Positions 30,076 through 39,718 of a stretch of 64,000 nt of DNA are shown in pieces. Numbering within the stretch: the first letter of the stretch is position 1; the number at the start of each line of letters is the position of its first letter. The stretch comes from an uncultured Methanosarcinales archaeon. GTDB lineage: Archaea; Nanobdellota; Nanobdellia; Woesearchaeales; CAYNLP01. The position numbers and the translations under genes are program-made. The notes below the pieces were generated by a model that saw only the letters and a program-made list of their open reading frames with translations, made no database searches and had not been told where the DNA came from. Location of the stretch: the NCBI GenBank assembly GCA_964398115.1, contig CAYNLP010000004.1, positions 1 to 64,000 on the forward strand, read 5' to 3'.

Positions 30076-31119
30076 TCAATCACGCACCTCATCCACTCTC
30101 TCCCTCATACAACTCACAAAAATATCAAAATCATCCTCATGAACAGCACAACCACAAGCCTGAGCATGACCACCCCCACTACCACGAACCTCTTTCAAAC
30201 ACTCCTGCAAAATAACCTCAACATTAATATCCGGACTTCTAACACTACACTTCACCCAACCATCATCAACCCTTCCAACAATAACAACCTTATCAGGATT
30301 ATTATACAAAACTTCATTCGCCAAATCACTCGTATAACTATTATCCTCATCCTTGTAAGTAAACACTACAACATTACCATTCGAACCATCAACCGACTCC
30401 AATAATTCCTCATAACGGCCCACCATCTTGTCATACTCTTCATACACATACTTCCCCGATTCACTACTCTGCTCAAAAATTTCTTCCGGTTCCTTAACCT
30501 GTTTCAACATTTCAATACTCTCCAAAGTTTCCTCGACAGTGCCTTTCAAATTAAAACTCCAAACTCTCGTCATCTCCCCCAAACGACTATCATGAATAGC
30601 AGCTTCAGGCGTACTAACACTTTCAGGAAGCCAACCAGGATACTCCTCTCTAAATTCGTCCGCTAAATCTTCTGGATAATACCAATCCGCAACCGTGCCA
30701 GTCATAGCAATCCACAAATTATCCTGCAAAGACCGATAAACCCAATAACTCGTCGGCCTATTATCCTCATCATCACCTCTCCTAGGGTTCATATATGTAA
30801 TATGACCATTTGGACTTTGGGGATCGTGATGATCCAACCACAAAATCTTAGTATTAACAGCCCGGACAAAATCATCACTCACGTAAGGCTTATCCAAAAC
30901 AATAATTAAATCAGGATGATACTCCGCAGCAATCTTCGCATACTTTTCATCCACCTCAGGACTATCTTTAACAGGAACGCCCTGAGTTTCACTATTATAA
31001 TTATATACTTGTAAGAAACTAGCCAAGCCGTCACAATCATCATCGAAAAGTACGAAAGGACGATGAGCGCTTTCAACCTCTTCCCTAAAAGTCTTTAATT
31101 CTTCTTCAGTAAGTGCCAT
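30076..31119 (-). CDS. DHH/DHHA1 family phosphoesterase
   Basis: DDDCDG, LDHH and GGGHAQACG motifs. Confidence 0.88.
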   Translation of the reverse strand: MALTEEELKTFREEVESAHRPFVLFDDDCDGLASFLQVYNYNSETQGVPVKDSPEVDEKYAKIAAEYHPDLIIVLDKPYVSDDFVRAVNTKILWLDHHDPQSPNGHITYMNPRRGDDEDNRPTSYWVYRSLQDNLWIAMTGTVADWYYPEDLADEFREEYPGWLPESVSTPEAAIHDSRLGEMTRVWSFNLKGTVEETLESIEMLKQVKEPEEIFEQSSESGKYVYEEYDKMVGRYEELLESVDGSNGNVVVFTYKDEDNSYTSDLANEVLYNNPDKVVIVGRVDDGWVKCSVRSPDINVEVILQECLKEVRGSGGGHAQACGCAVHEDDFDIFVSCMRERVDEVRD

Positions 31120-31153
31120 AGAAATAGAACGGAAAGAAACACGTTTAAATAAT

Positions 31154-31696
31154 TTATGAGAACAAAACTTCCTGCTCTAAATCACTCAAATCTTCATTAA
31201 CTTCATCAAGGGCTTCTTTAATCAAAGTTTCTCTTGGTCCCGGAACTTTATCATACGGTACAAAGTTGGGCTCAGAACAAGGAGCTAACCCAACTCTTCT
31301 ATACAGTTGAATTGTCTCTTCGCTAGGCTCACCACCCACCATGTGAAGATTCACTGATTCTGGGAAAGCATCATCTACTTTACGAACAATGTTTGCAGCT
31401 TCATCAACTGCCTCTGGAGATGTAGAAAACACAATGGTCAAAGGCCGACCCATTCCAAGGTAAGTCACTGACATACCCGACCAATCCCTATTCCCATTTT
31501 GAAACTCTCCAGGGATGAAATAAACGTCTTCCACCCGTGAAAGCCTACGTGGTTCTCGCACTTCATCCGCACTATTATGAGATTTGACTATCGTAGGCGG
31601 CTTCCTACCATCCCTGAACGCAAAATCTTCTGCGGAATTATCGCTCAAAGAAGGAACGTATGATAATTGATCCTCGTAATTGTCGTCAACTGTCAT
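31154..31696 (-). CDS. hypothetical protein
   Basis: 180-aa acidic ORF, no motif recognised. Confidence 0.55.
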   Translation of the reverse strand: MTVDDNYEDQLSYVPSLSDNSAEDFAFRDGRKPPTIVKSHNSADEVREPRRLSRVEDVYFIPGEFQNGNRDWSGMSVTYLGMGRPLTIVFSTSPEAVDEAANIVRKVDDAFPESVNLHMVGGEPSEETIQLYRRVGLAPCSEPNFVPYDKVPGPRETLIKEALDEVNEDLSDLEQEVLFS

Positions 31697-31812
31697 TACT
31701 GTCTAAAAACTTTTACTGTGAAAGGCATTATTTAAATTTATCGAGAAGTAGAAAATAGAGAAAGATTTAAATAACAAAATTTTATGACTCCGGAATAGGG
31801 GGAAGATAAAAA

Positions 31813-33809
31813 ATGTCGATACTACTCACGGCAACGGTTGTTCTTGCACTGATAGGATTACTATATACAGGATATCTAGCATACAGGATAAAACAAGAAG
31901 ATACCGGCACTGAGGAGATGGAAAGAATCTCTAATGAAACAAGAGAAGGCGCTATGGCTTTCCTAAACTCAGAATATAAAGTCTTAATATGGTTTGTCCT
32001 AGCCATAGCCATTATACTATGGTTTACCATAAATAAATGGACATCAATTGCTTTCATCGCAGGAGCCTTCCTATCCGGACTTGCCGGAAATATAGGAATG
32101 CGAATCGCCACAATCGCAAATGTGAGAACAGCAAACGCAGCAGAAGACGACCTCTACGACGGTCTCAAAATAGCATTTAGCAGCGGAAGCGTGATGGGAC
32201 TAAGCGTCGTAGGCCTAGGCTTACTCGGCCTCGCAGTACTATATTACTTCTTCCAAGATCCAAGTCCCTTGTTCGGATTCGGCTTTGGAGCTTCAAGCAT
32301 CGCCCTCTTCGCACGAGTCGGAGGAGGAATATATACTAAAGCAGCTGACATGGGAGCAGACCTAGTAGGAAAAGTCGAACAAGACATTCCAGAAGACGAC
32401 CCAAGAAATCCAGCAGTCATTGCAGATAACGTTGGAGACAACGTTGGAGACGTAGCAGGAATGGGAGCAGACTTATTTGAAAGCTTCGTCGGAAGCATAA
32501 TCGCAGCAATGGCACTCGCCGCTATAACATACTCAGGAGCTCAAGCAACAGCCGGAGTCATGTATCCCTTGTTGCTTGCCGGCCTAGGAATAATAGCAAG
32601 TATCATAGGAGGATTCTTCGTCACGACCAAAAGCGGTCACGTACATAGCGCACTAAACAAAGGACTATATGCTTCAAGCATCTTAATCGTGATAACAGCA
32701 TACGTCCTCACAAGAAGAATGTTTGACACCCTAGGAGTTTTCTGGGCTACCATAGTAGGACTCGCTGCAGGACTCGCCATCGGACTACTAACCGAGTATT
32801 ACACCAGCGAAAAATACGGTCCAACCAAAAAAATCAGCGAAGCATCAGAAACAGGAACCGCTACCAATATAGTCGAAGGACTCAGCCTAGGAATGTTCTC
32901 AAGCGGATGGCCAGTACTCACTATATGTATCGCCATCCTAGTCGGATACTTCACTGCAGGCCTTTACGGAATTGCAATAGCAGCTGTTGGAATGCTAAGC
33001 ACCCTAGGAATAAGTCTAGCAGTAGACGCCTACGGACCAGTTGCTGACAACGCTGGCGGAATTGCAGAAATGTCTGAAATGGATTCTAAAGTCCGAGAAA
33101 GAACGGACGAACTTGACAGCGCAGGAAACACGACAGCTGCAATCGGAAAAGGATTTGCAATCGGAAGCGCAGCACTAACAGCACTAGCACTTTTCGCAAC
33201 TTTCGCAAACAAAGCAAACATCGAAACAGTGAGTATACTACAACCCAAAGTCCTCGTCGGAATCTTTATTGGAGCCGCGCTTCCATTCGTCTTCAGCGCC
33301 TTAATAATCAAGTCAGTAGGAAGAGCCGCTCACGACATGATAGAAGAAGTAAGAAGACAATTTGAAGAAATCGACGGCTTACTAGAAGGTGAAGCCAGGC
33401 CAGATAGTCAACGATGTGTAGAAATCAGCACTCGAGAAGCTTTGAAAGAAATGGTAGTTCCTGGACTGTTAGCCATCCTCGCACCCATAGCCGTAGGCCT
33501 CTTGCTTGGAGTTAAATCACTCGCAGCTTTGATAGCAGGAGCTCTAGCAGCAGGATTTGCCTTAGCCTTGATGNNNNNNNNNNGCAGGCCAATAGTGGAG
33601 GAGCCTGGGACAACGCAAAGAAATACATTGAAACAGGTAAACACGGTGGAAAAGGAAGCGATGCTCACAAAGCAAGCGTTGTAGGAGACACCGTAGGAGA
33701 TCCATTAAAAGATTCGAGTGGTCCAAGCATTAACATCTTGCTCAAGCTTATGAGCATTGTAAGCTTGGTATTTATCCCACTCTTCGTTTCAGTGGGTAGC
33801 CTGCTTTAA
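31813..33809 (+). CDS. hppA: membrane-bound K+-dependent pyrophosphatase, likely Na+-translocating (gap at 33574-33583)
   Basis: [29 protein letters not shown] and GNTTAA. After the gap, [12 protein letters not shown]...[10 protein letters not shown] runs to the stop at 33809. Confidence 0.93.
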
Positions 33810-33856
33810 ACAAACCATTTTTTCTCTTCTTCTCTTTTTACAAAACTTTTTTTCGA

Positions 33857-33966
33857 CGCCGGAGACGGGATTTTCGGTCCCGTAGAGACATTCGAACCCG
33901 CAAAGCATGTTCGAGATGCTCCTCAGCCCTCAACTGAGTGCCATACCCAGGTTAGGCGACTCCGGC
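33857..33966 (-). tRNA. tRNA-Leu(GAG) with 20-nt T-loop intron (33871-33890)
   Basis: Reverse complement GCCGGAG...CTCAG-TTGAGGG-CTGAG, long variable arm, GCGGG-TTCGAA[intron]T-CCCGT-CTCCGGC-G. Confidence 0.8.
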
Positions 33967-34007
33967 ATTGCCGAAAACTATAAATACTTTGAATTCTTTG
34001 TTTAGAT

Positions 34008-34058
34008 TGTTCGAGATGTTCCCCAGAGTTTTCAACTGGGTTTCATACCTAGTTAGGC
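34008..34058 (-). pseudogene. degenerate partial copy of the adjacent tRNA (D arm to variable arm)
   Basis: Aligns with 33908-33957. No acceptor stem or T arm. Confidence 0.65.
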
Positions 34059-34304
34059 TTTAAACATACCAGAATTCTGGTTCTAGCTCATACCAACTCT
34101 CCTCTAAAAATAAGAGACTGATTTCTTCTTCTGTCGGTGTGTAACGCTTACTGAGTTCTTTCAAAATTTGTTCGATTTCCATATTTAACGAAAAGTGGTT
34201 GATATATAACTATCTGACGCGAGTGTATGTCCAGTGTCGACGGAAAGATTTTCGAAAATGTCCAGTGGTATGATTTATTAACCCACATTCTAACTTCAAA
34301 ATAT

Positions 34305-35030
34305 ATGGAGCAAATACTATTAGGAGCGTTACAAGGCGTACTCGAATGGCTTCCTATATCCAGTGAAGGCATCATAGCACTCTTAGGAGATTTATTTACA
34401 AATCAAAACCCTGTAGACCTTGCTTTATTTCTTCACTTAGGAACCTTGCTCACCGTACTGGTTTACTTCCGAAAAGACTGGTATGAAGTCTTCACTTTCA
34501 GAAATCCTAAACTTGTATACTTTCTCCTACTATCAACGCCAATCTCATTACTAGCAGGTTTTATCCTCTATCCTTTTATTAGGAACGTAGCGGTAGGAAG
34601 TGCTTTACTGATGATAATGGGACTTGGTTTGTTAACAACCTCTTATATGCAAAAAAGTGAGAGGAAAAAACTGTTCGGATTTGTAAATATGAGTTTATTC
34701 ACCGGCTTGCTTCAAGGACTAGCCGTTATCCCTGGAATGTCAAGATCCGGCTCAACAATCTTTGGCTTAACAACTAGCAATCTTTCTTCTAAAGAAATTT
34801 TAAAATACTCCTACATGATGTCGGTCCCAGCAGTCTTAGCTTCTAACATTTATTTATGGATCAATCAAAGTATAACTGTGAGTGGATGGCCGGCTCTTAT
34901 ATCTTCGTTCATAGTTGGATTAATCGCTCTTCATTACTTGTTAGAAATTTCAAAAAAGATAAGTTTTCACCACTTTACACTAACGTTCGGCATCTTATGC
35001 CTATTGGGTGCTTTTATCGGAATAACATAA
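34305..35030 (+). CDS. uppP: undecaprenyl-diphosphate phosphatase (BacA/UppP)
   Basis: GALQGVLEWLPISSEG, LHLGT and QGLAVIPGMSRSGSTI. Start reassigned to ATG 34305. Confidence 0.88.
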   Translation: MEQILLGALQGVLEWLPISSEGIIALLGDLFTNQNPVDLALFLHLGTLLTVLVYFRKDWYEVFTFRNPKLVYFLLLSTPISLLAGFILYPFIRNVAVGSALLMIMGLGLLTTSYMQKSERKKLFGFVNMSLFTGLLQGLAVIPGMSRSGSTIFGLTTSNLSSKEILKYSYMMSVPAVLASNIYLWINQSITVSGWPALISSFIVGLIALHYLLEISKKISFHHFTLTFGILCLLGAFIGIT

Positions 35031-35106
35031 TCAATGATCCATATAAAAAATCACTGGACATACACCTACCCAAACTATATATTACTTCTCAACTTAGTTC
35101 ATAAAT

Positions 35107-36330
35107 ATGCACACAATCTGCACCATGTGCAAGAGGAAAAACCCGAAAAGTTGTAGCAATACTCACTGCCCCATCCTAGGACAGATGAGCTTTGAAAAAA
35201 GAGTAGACTTCGACCCAAAAGATGAATTCTTCGGCGACAGTCCAAACGTGTTCGTAGGAAGATACGGATATCCAGACGTAAACGTCGGAATACTATCTAC
35301 AGAAGATTACGAACACCACGACGACCCAAAATACTGGAGTGAGAAAGAAACACCTATAGGAAATATTGTAGATATGAGAAGTGTGATGGTAAACTCCACC
35401 TTTAAGATGAATGCGAAAAGCTTCGACGAAAAATTCCGAGACGTAAGCGAAGAAGTCGCCATGGCAAGCAAACCAGTAGACGTAGAAATAAACCTTGAAG
35501 ATAAACCAGAATTTAAGTTAAGCACGAATCAAGATCTGATGCCACAAGGACCCAGCGTCAAACTAGAAAAAGCTAGAATTACAGAAAACCCAAAAGTACC
35601 AAGACAGGTTGAAAAAGCCGTGTATGATGATGAGTGGAAAGCACAAGACGCCATTACTACTCTCTACGATAAAAACATTGATGAACATCACTTAACCAAA
35701 CTTTTAAGCATTGGCAACTTGGGACACAAAACCGAAAGGAAACTCGTCCCAACTAGGTGGAGCATAACCGCCGTTGATAGCAACTTATCTAAAGACTTGA
35801 GAGAAGAAGTGAAAGATTATCAAGAATATGACTTTGTAGCTCACTTTGGAGGACACTACGGAAACTACTTCCTAATACTATTCTTCCCAGAAGTATGGAG
35901 CTACGAACTTATCGAAACATTCGTAGGAAACCAAGACGTCATACAAAATGGTAATTGGAGAAGCGCTTCAGACTGCGAAGGATACGACGGCAGAACTTCA
36001 TACGTAGATGAAACCGCAGGAGCATACTACGCAACCAGACTAGCCCTACTAGAATATTTACAAAATAAGAAAAGACAAGCCAGCTGCCTAGTACTAAGAT
36101 TCATAACAAACGAATACACAGTACCACTTGGCGTGTGGGTAGTGAGAGAAGGAGTGAGAAAAGCACTCGAGTCAGAACCATTAAAATTTGCTAGTAAAAA
36201 ATTAATGCTAGAATACGCGAGGAAACTAGTAAAGAAAAAATTCTGGCAATTCCCACTAGACAACCTACTAAAAAACAGCTGGTTACTGAAAGAATTAGAA
36301 GAACAGGACAAACTCAACGACTACCTCTAA
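35107..36330 (+). CDS. nreA: Nre-family PCNA-interacting DNA repair protein
   Basis: N-terminal Cys cluster, VFVGRYGYP.V, RKLVPTRWSITAVD, PLGVWVVRE, PIP box QDKLNDYL. Confidence 0.9.
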   Translation: MHTICTMCKRKNPKSCSNTHCPILGQMSFEKRVDFDPKDEFFGDSPNVFVGRYGYPDVNVGILSTEDYEHHDDPKYWSEKETPIGNIVDMRSVMVNSTFKMNAKSFDEKFRDVSEEVAMASKPVDVEINLEDKPEFKLSTNQDLMPQGPSVKLEKARITENPKVPRQVEKAVYDDEWKAQDAITTLYDKNIDEHHLTKLLSIGNLGHKTERKLVPTRWSITAVDSNLSKDLREEVKDYQEYDFVAHFGGHYGNYFLILFFPEVWSYELIETFVGNQDVIQNGNWRSASDCEGYDGRTSYVDETAGAYYATRLALLEYLQNKKRQASCLVLRFITNEYTVPLGVWVVREGVRKALESEPLKFASKKLMLEYARKLVKKKFWQFPLDNLLKNSWLLKELEEQDKLNDYL

Positions 36331-36740
36331 GTACCAACGCGATCATACCCTCTAGCTACTTTCTCCCCACCTCTAACAAAAACCACTCCTTTATTTAGAG
36401 AACTTTTTTCTCTTCCCTCTGACAACAATTTTTGATAAACCTCAACAGGATCTTCTTCATCTTCAACAGCAAAATATTGAATTTGAGAACGTGACGAAGG
36501 TTGATAACCACGATTAATACATATCAAAGGGTCCTTGCTTTCATCAATTACATAGGTTTCACGACTGATAGCAGCTTCTTTCTCTCCTTGAGACAATCTG
36601 AAAACGTCAGTAGTTCGGAGATGAGAATAATCCTCCATTTCAGAATCAGAGACTTCACGCAAACTCCCCTCATCCCCCGTTTGGGTTTCAAGCAATTCTT
36701 CAATTACCCTTTCTAAATCTCCATCTGAACCAACCGACAT
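36327..36740 (-). CDS. hypothetical protein
   Basis: 137-aa acidic ORF filling the gap. Confidence 0.55.
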   Translation of the reverse strand: MSVGSDGDLERVIEELLETQTGDEGSLREVSDSEMEDYSHLRTTDVFRLSQGEKEAAISRETYVIDESKDPLICINRGYQPSSRSQIQYFAVEDEEDPVEVYQKLLSEGREKSSLNKGVVFVRGGEKVARGYDRVGT

Positions 36741-36818
36741 ACCACAAAGGAAATATCCTCAATCTTAAATATTTTGAGATAAGGAAAAAACGTTTAAAGC
36801 CGGAAATTATCCGAGACA

Positions 36819-37562
36819 TTGATGGAATTCACCGAGTTCGACGAAAAATTCGAACAAGCCTTAAGAGCGAATGAATGCATAACCTTCTTCTGCGAATGCA
36901 AAGTAGAATACAGTGGAAGAGCAGAAAGCTACCTAAAAAGAGGAGACCGCATCATAATAATAAAATCAGACAACAACCTGATGATCCACCAACCCGAAAA
37001 CGCCAACCCTATAAACTATATGAAAGAAGACACAACATACGAAATAGAAAAGAAAGAAAACCACCGAATCTTAAAAGCAAAACACACCGGATTGAAAGAA
37101 TTCATGAACATCGAAATATTCCGCATCTACAACTTCATGAGCCAGAAATTAGAAGACGGACAAGGCCTAGAAATAATGGGAACAGAAGAAGACATGAGTG
37201 ACATGATAAAAGAAAAGCCAGAAGTGATAAGCGAAGACTTCAAACCACTTAGTAGAGAAGAACACACCCAATTTGGATTCATAGACGTTTTTGGCCACGA
37301 CGGCAACGGCAACCTAGTACTAGTAGAATGCAAAAGATACAGTGCAGGACTTGACGCAGTACAACAACTAAGAAGATACACAGAAAAGATAAAAGATTTG
37401 AAAGGTGTAGATGAAGTTAAAGGCGTCCTCGCCAGTCCCAGCATTACAGAAAACGCGAAAAACATGGCAGAAAAATGGGGATACCGGTGGGAAAGAGTAG
37501 AACCACCAAAAAGATTAGAAAAATACAGTAAAGACCAAACAAGCATGGAGGATTTCACGTGA
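36819..37562 (+). CDS. nucS: endonuclease NucS/EndoMS
   Basis: C.VEYSGRAES.L..GDR, IDV...VECKR and AVQQLRRY motifs. PIP-like QTSMEDF. Confidence 0.92.
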   Translation: MMEFTEFDEKFEQALRANECITFFCECKVEYSGRAESYLKRGDRIIIIKSDNNLMIHQPENANPINYMKEDTTYEIEKKENHRILKAKHTGLKEFMNIEIFRIYNFMSQKLEDGQGLEIMGTEEDMSDMIKEKPEVISEDFKPLSREEHTQFGFIDVFGHDGNGNLVLVECKRYSAGLDAVQQLRRYTEKIKDLKGVDEVKGVLASPSITENAKNMAEKWGYRWERVEPPKRLEKYSKDQTSMEDFT

Positions 37563-38113
37563 AATTCAGCAACAGAGAAATCACAGACCTCGGAAAAGCA
37601 TGGCTAGCAATAAGCCTAGCCTTCGCCATACTAATCTCAAACAAGATAAATCTCGCACTCGCAATGATAATCTCTGCTGTGACAGTAGGAGCCGGCTTCC
37701 TCCTACACGAACTAGCTCACAAATTCATGGGAGAATACTACCAATGCAGAGCAGAATTCCACGCCGATGACAAAATGCTAATATTCGCAATCCTATCGGC
37801 ATTTCTAGGATTCATCTTCGCAGCACCCGGCGCCGTGTACATCAGAGGAACAGTCACAAAAAAAGAAAACGGTATAATATCCGCAGCAGGACCAGCCACA
37901 AACCTAGCACTAGTAGCAATATTCCTAGCACTACAAGGAGTACTCCCAGGAATAGCAAGTTACGGCGCTATGATAAACGCATGGCTAGCCGGATTCAACA
38001 TGATACCCTTCATGGGATTAGACGGACAAAAAATCTTAGCATGGAACAAAACAGTATATTTCGGAATGATCGCCCTGGCATTTTTAGCATTCACTATGAC
38101 GACTGGCTTTTGA
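37559..38113 (+). CDS. M50-family membrane zinc metalloprotease
   Basis: HELAHK, AAPGAV, AGPATN and FNMIP...LDG motifs. Confidence 0.9.
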   Translation: MKFSNREITDLGKAWLAISLAFAILISNKINLALAMIISAVTVGAGFLLHELAHKFMGEYYQCRAEFHADDKMLIFAILSAFLGFIFAAPGAVYIRGTVTKKENGIISAAGPATNLALVAIFLALQGVLPGIASYGAMINAWLAGFNMIPFMGLDGQKILAWNKTVYFGMIALAFLAFTMTTGF

Positions 38114-38157
38114 AACATCCGAAACCTATTAAAAAACTGTTTCTGTCACAAAACAAT

Positions 38158-38310
38158 ATGAAATGCGACCTATGCGGAAATGAGATCAAACAGCACTTCC
38201 TCGGCAAAATCAAAGGAACCTACGTAGAAGTACAAGGAACTGAAAAAAAGATATGTAACGAATGTCAAAGCGATAAAGACATTGATGATATTATAGAACA
38301 ACTTTCTTAG
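38158..38310 (+). CDS. small zinc-finger protein
   Basis: MKCDLCG..I...FLGKIKGTY...ICNECQ with two CxxC. Confidence 0.75.
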   Translation: MKCDLCGNEIKQHFLGKIKGTYVEVQGTEKKICNECQSDKDIDDIIEQLS

Positions 38311-38312
38311 AC

Positions 38313-38387
38313 GCCTTGGTAGCTCAGCCCGGCTGGAGCAGCTCCCTCGTAAGGAGCAGGTCAGGGGTTCAAATCCCCTCCAAGGCT
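38313..38387 (+). tRNA. tRNA-Thr(CGT)
   Basis: GCCTTGG/CCAAGGC acceptor, GCTCC-CTCGTAA-GGAGC anticodon arm, GGTTCAAATCC. Confidence 0.93.
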
Positions 38388-38389
38388 TT

Positions 38390-38986
38390 TTAGTCTCTCC
38401 TAAAATGTAATAATACGACAGCTATTATAGCACCTATAGTATTGAAAATAATGTCTAATCCCGTATTGTAATAACCACCCACGTTAGTATTAGCAAAAGC
38501 GAGTGTTGCGATAAATTCAACTATTTCGTTCAAAGCTCCCATCCCCATGCTGATAGCAACCAGGATTGGATAAACCACTTTGTAATTAACGTTTTCATTC
38601 CAATAATCTTTGAGAAGTTCCCAAGCGACGAAAACCACGACTGCAAAGCCGTAAGCATGAACGAGTTGATCAAACTTCAACACATAAAATTTGTCAGTAA
38701 CATACAAAGGTATTATTTTCAAATTGTAAAGAACCTCTCCACCCAGTTTTATACCCCCACCTGACATGTGTAGCAATCCCCAAAAGCTCAAACCCCACAA
38801 GGTTCTAATGCTCAAATTACTCTTCTTCAAAGTACCTATAATTAACGCTCCGATACCTATCAAGACCAGTATATACCATAAGAATTCAAAATTTTGAACA
38901 AATACGTAGTAAATGGCGAAAGCCAAGATGTAAGCGAGATTGAACAAAACTATATACCAATGATTCTTCTTCAAATCCATAAACAC
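38390..38986 (-). CDS. DUF2238-like membrane protein
   Basis: Multi-TM protein with LHM.GG, FDQLVH, EIVEF and NTGLD motifs. Confidence 0.7.
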   Translation of the reverse strand: MFMDLKKNHWYIVLFNLAYILAFAIYYVFVQNFEFLWYILVLIGIGALIIGTLKKSNLSIRTLWGLSFWGLLHMSGGGIKLGGEVLYNLKIIPLYVTDKFYVLKFDQLVHAYGFAVVVFVAWELLKDYWNENVNYKVVYPILVAISMGMGALNEIVEFIATLAFANTNVGGYYNTGLDIIFNTIGAIIAVVLLHFRRD

Positions 38987-39013
38987 CTTTCTGAAAAAAC
39001 AAGTATAAAAGAT

Positions 39014-39616
39014 TTATTCCTCCGCTCCTAAGACAAAATACTTCTTTTTCAAAGTGTAAACATCCATTTCATTACCCTTCTCACTATACCTAAACTTATC
39101 ACTAGCCACCAAATCACTCCCCTTCAACTTCTTCAAATTATAATGCACTCGTTGAATGCTCATATCCAGTTTTTCACTTAACTGACTAGCAGTCATCTCC
39201 TCCTCAGCCAAGACCTCCATGATACGCCTACAAGTATCATTCGACAAAACATCCATAATACGCTGACCATCCTTCTCCCTAAAGTTCACAACAGCAACAT
39301 CACTACGATCTCCAAAAACTTGATCAACAGCAGTCCAACTCAACAAAGTGCCCAACATGCTCAACAAAACAATTGTAATGATACTCTGCCAAGCAACATT
39401 ACCTGTGTCTTGAACTTGCTCTTCTTCCTTTTCCATCGGAGCAGAAGCAATACTAGGACCTTCATCAGTTCCACCGCTGTCTCTCTGAACCTGTTCTGTC
39501 TCAATCTCCGATTTGTAAACAGGACTCTTCCCCTCTATAACCAAAGGTATAGAGAACAAGATACAAAAGACAACGAATGTTGCAACTATCCCACTAAAAT
39601 TTTTCCAATCCATCAA
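39014..39616 (-). CDS. membrane-anchored ArsR-type HTH regulator
   Basis: Two TM segments, then LSNDTCRRIM..L...TASQLSEKL.MSIQRVHYNLKKL and YSEKG. Confidence 0.75.
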   Translation of the reverse strand: MMDWKNFSGIVATFVVFCILFSIPLVIEGKSPVYKSEIETEQVQRDSGGTDEGPSIASAPMEKEEEQVQDTGNVAWQSIITIVLLSMLGTLLSWTAVDQVFGDRSDVAVVNFREKDGQRIMDVLSNDTCRRIMEVLAEEEMTASQLSEKLDMSIQRVHYNLKKLKGSDLVASDKFRYSEKGNEMDVYTLKKKYFVLGAEE

Positions 39617-39718
39617 AATAAGGGCAATAACTTCTTTATTTAATACTTTGTGCTCTACTCAAAACTGTTTTTGAGCTATAACCACCTTTAAATATTTTAC
39701 AATCTTCCCATTGGTGAT

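Noticed and set aside
33574..33684. Apparent truncated or aberrant C-terminus of hppA
   Set aside because: Caused by a 10-N gap. The conserved GGAWDNAKK...GDP.KD tail continues in another frame to 33809.
33857..33966. CUC/CUU reassignment to Ser suggested by the Ser-like tRNA body
   Set aside because: CTC encodes invariant Leu in gyrB and SRP54 in this window.
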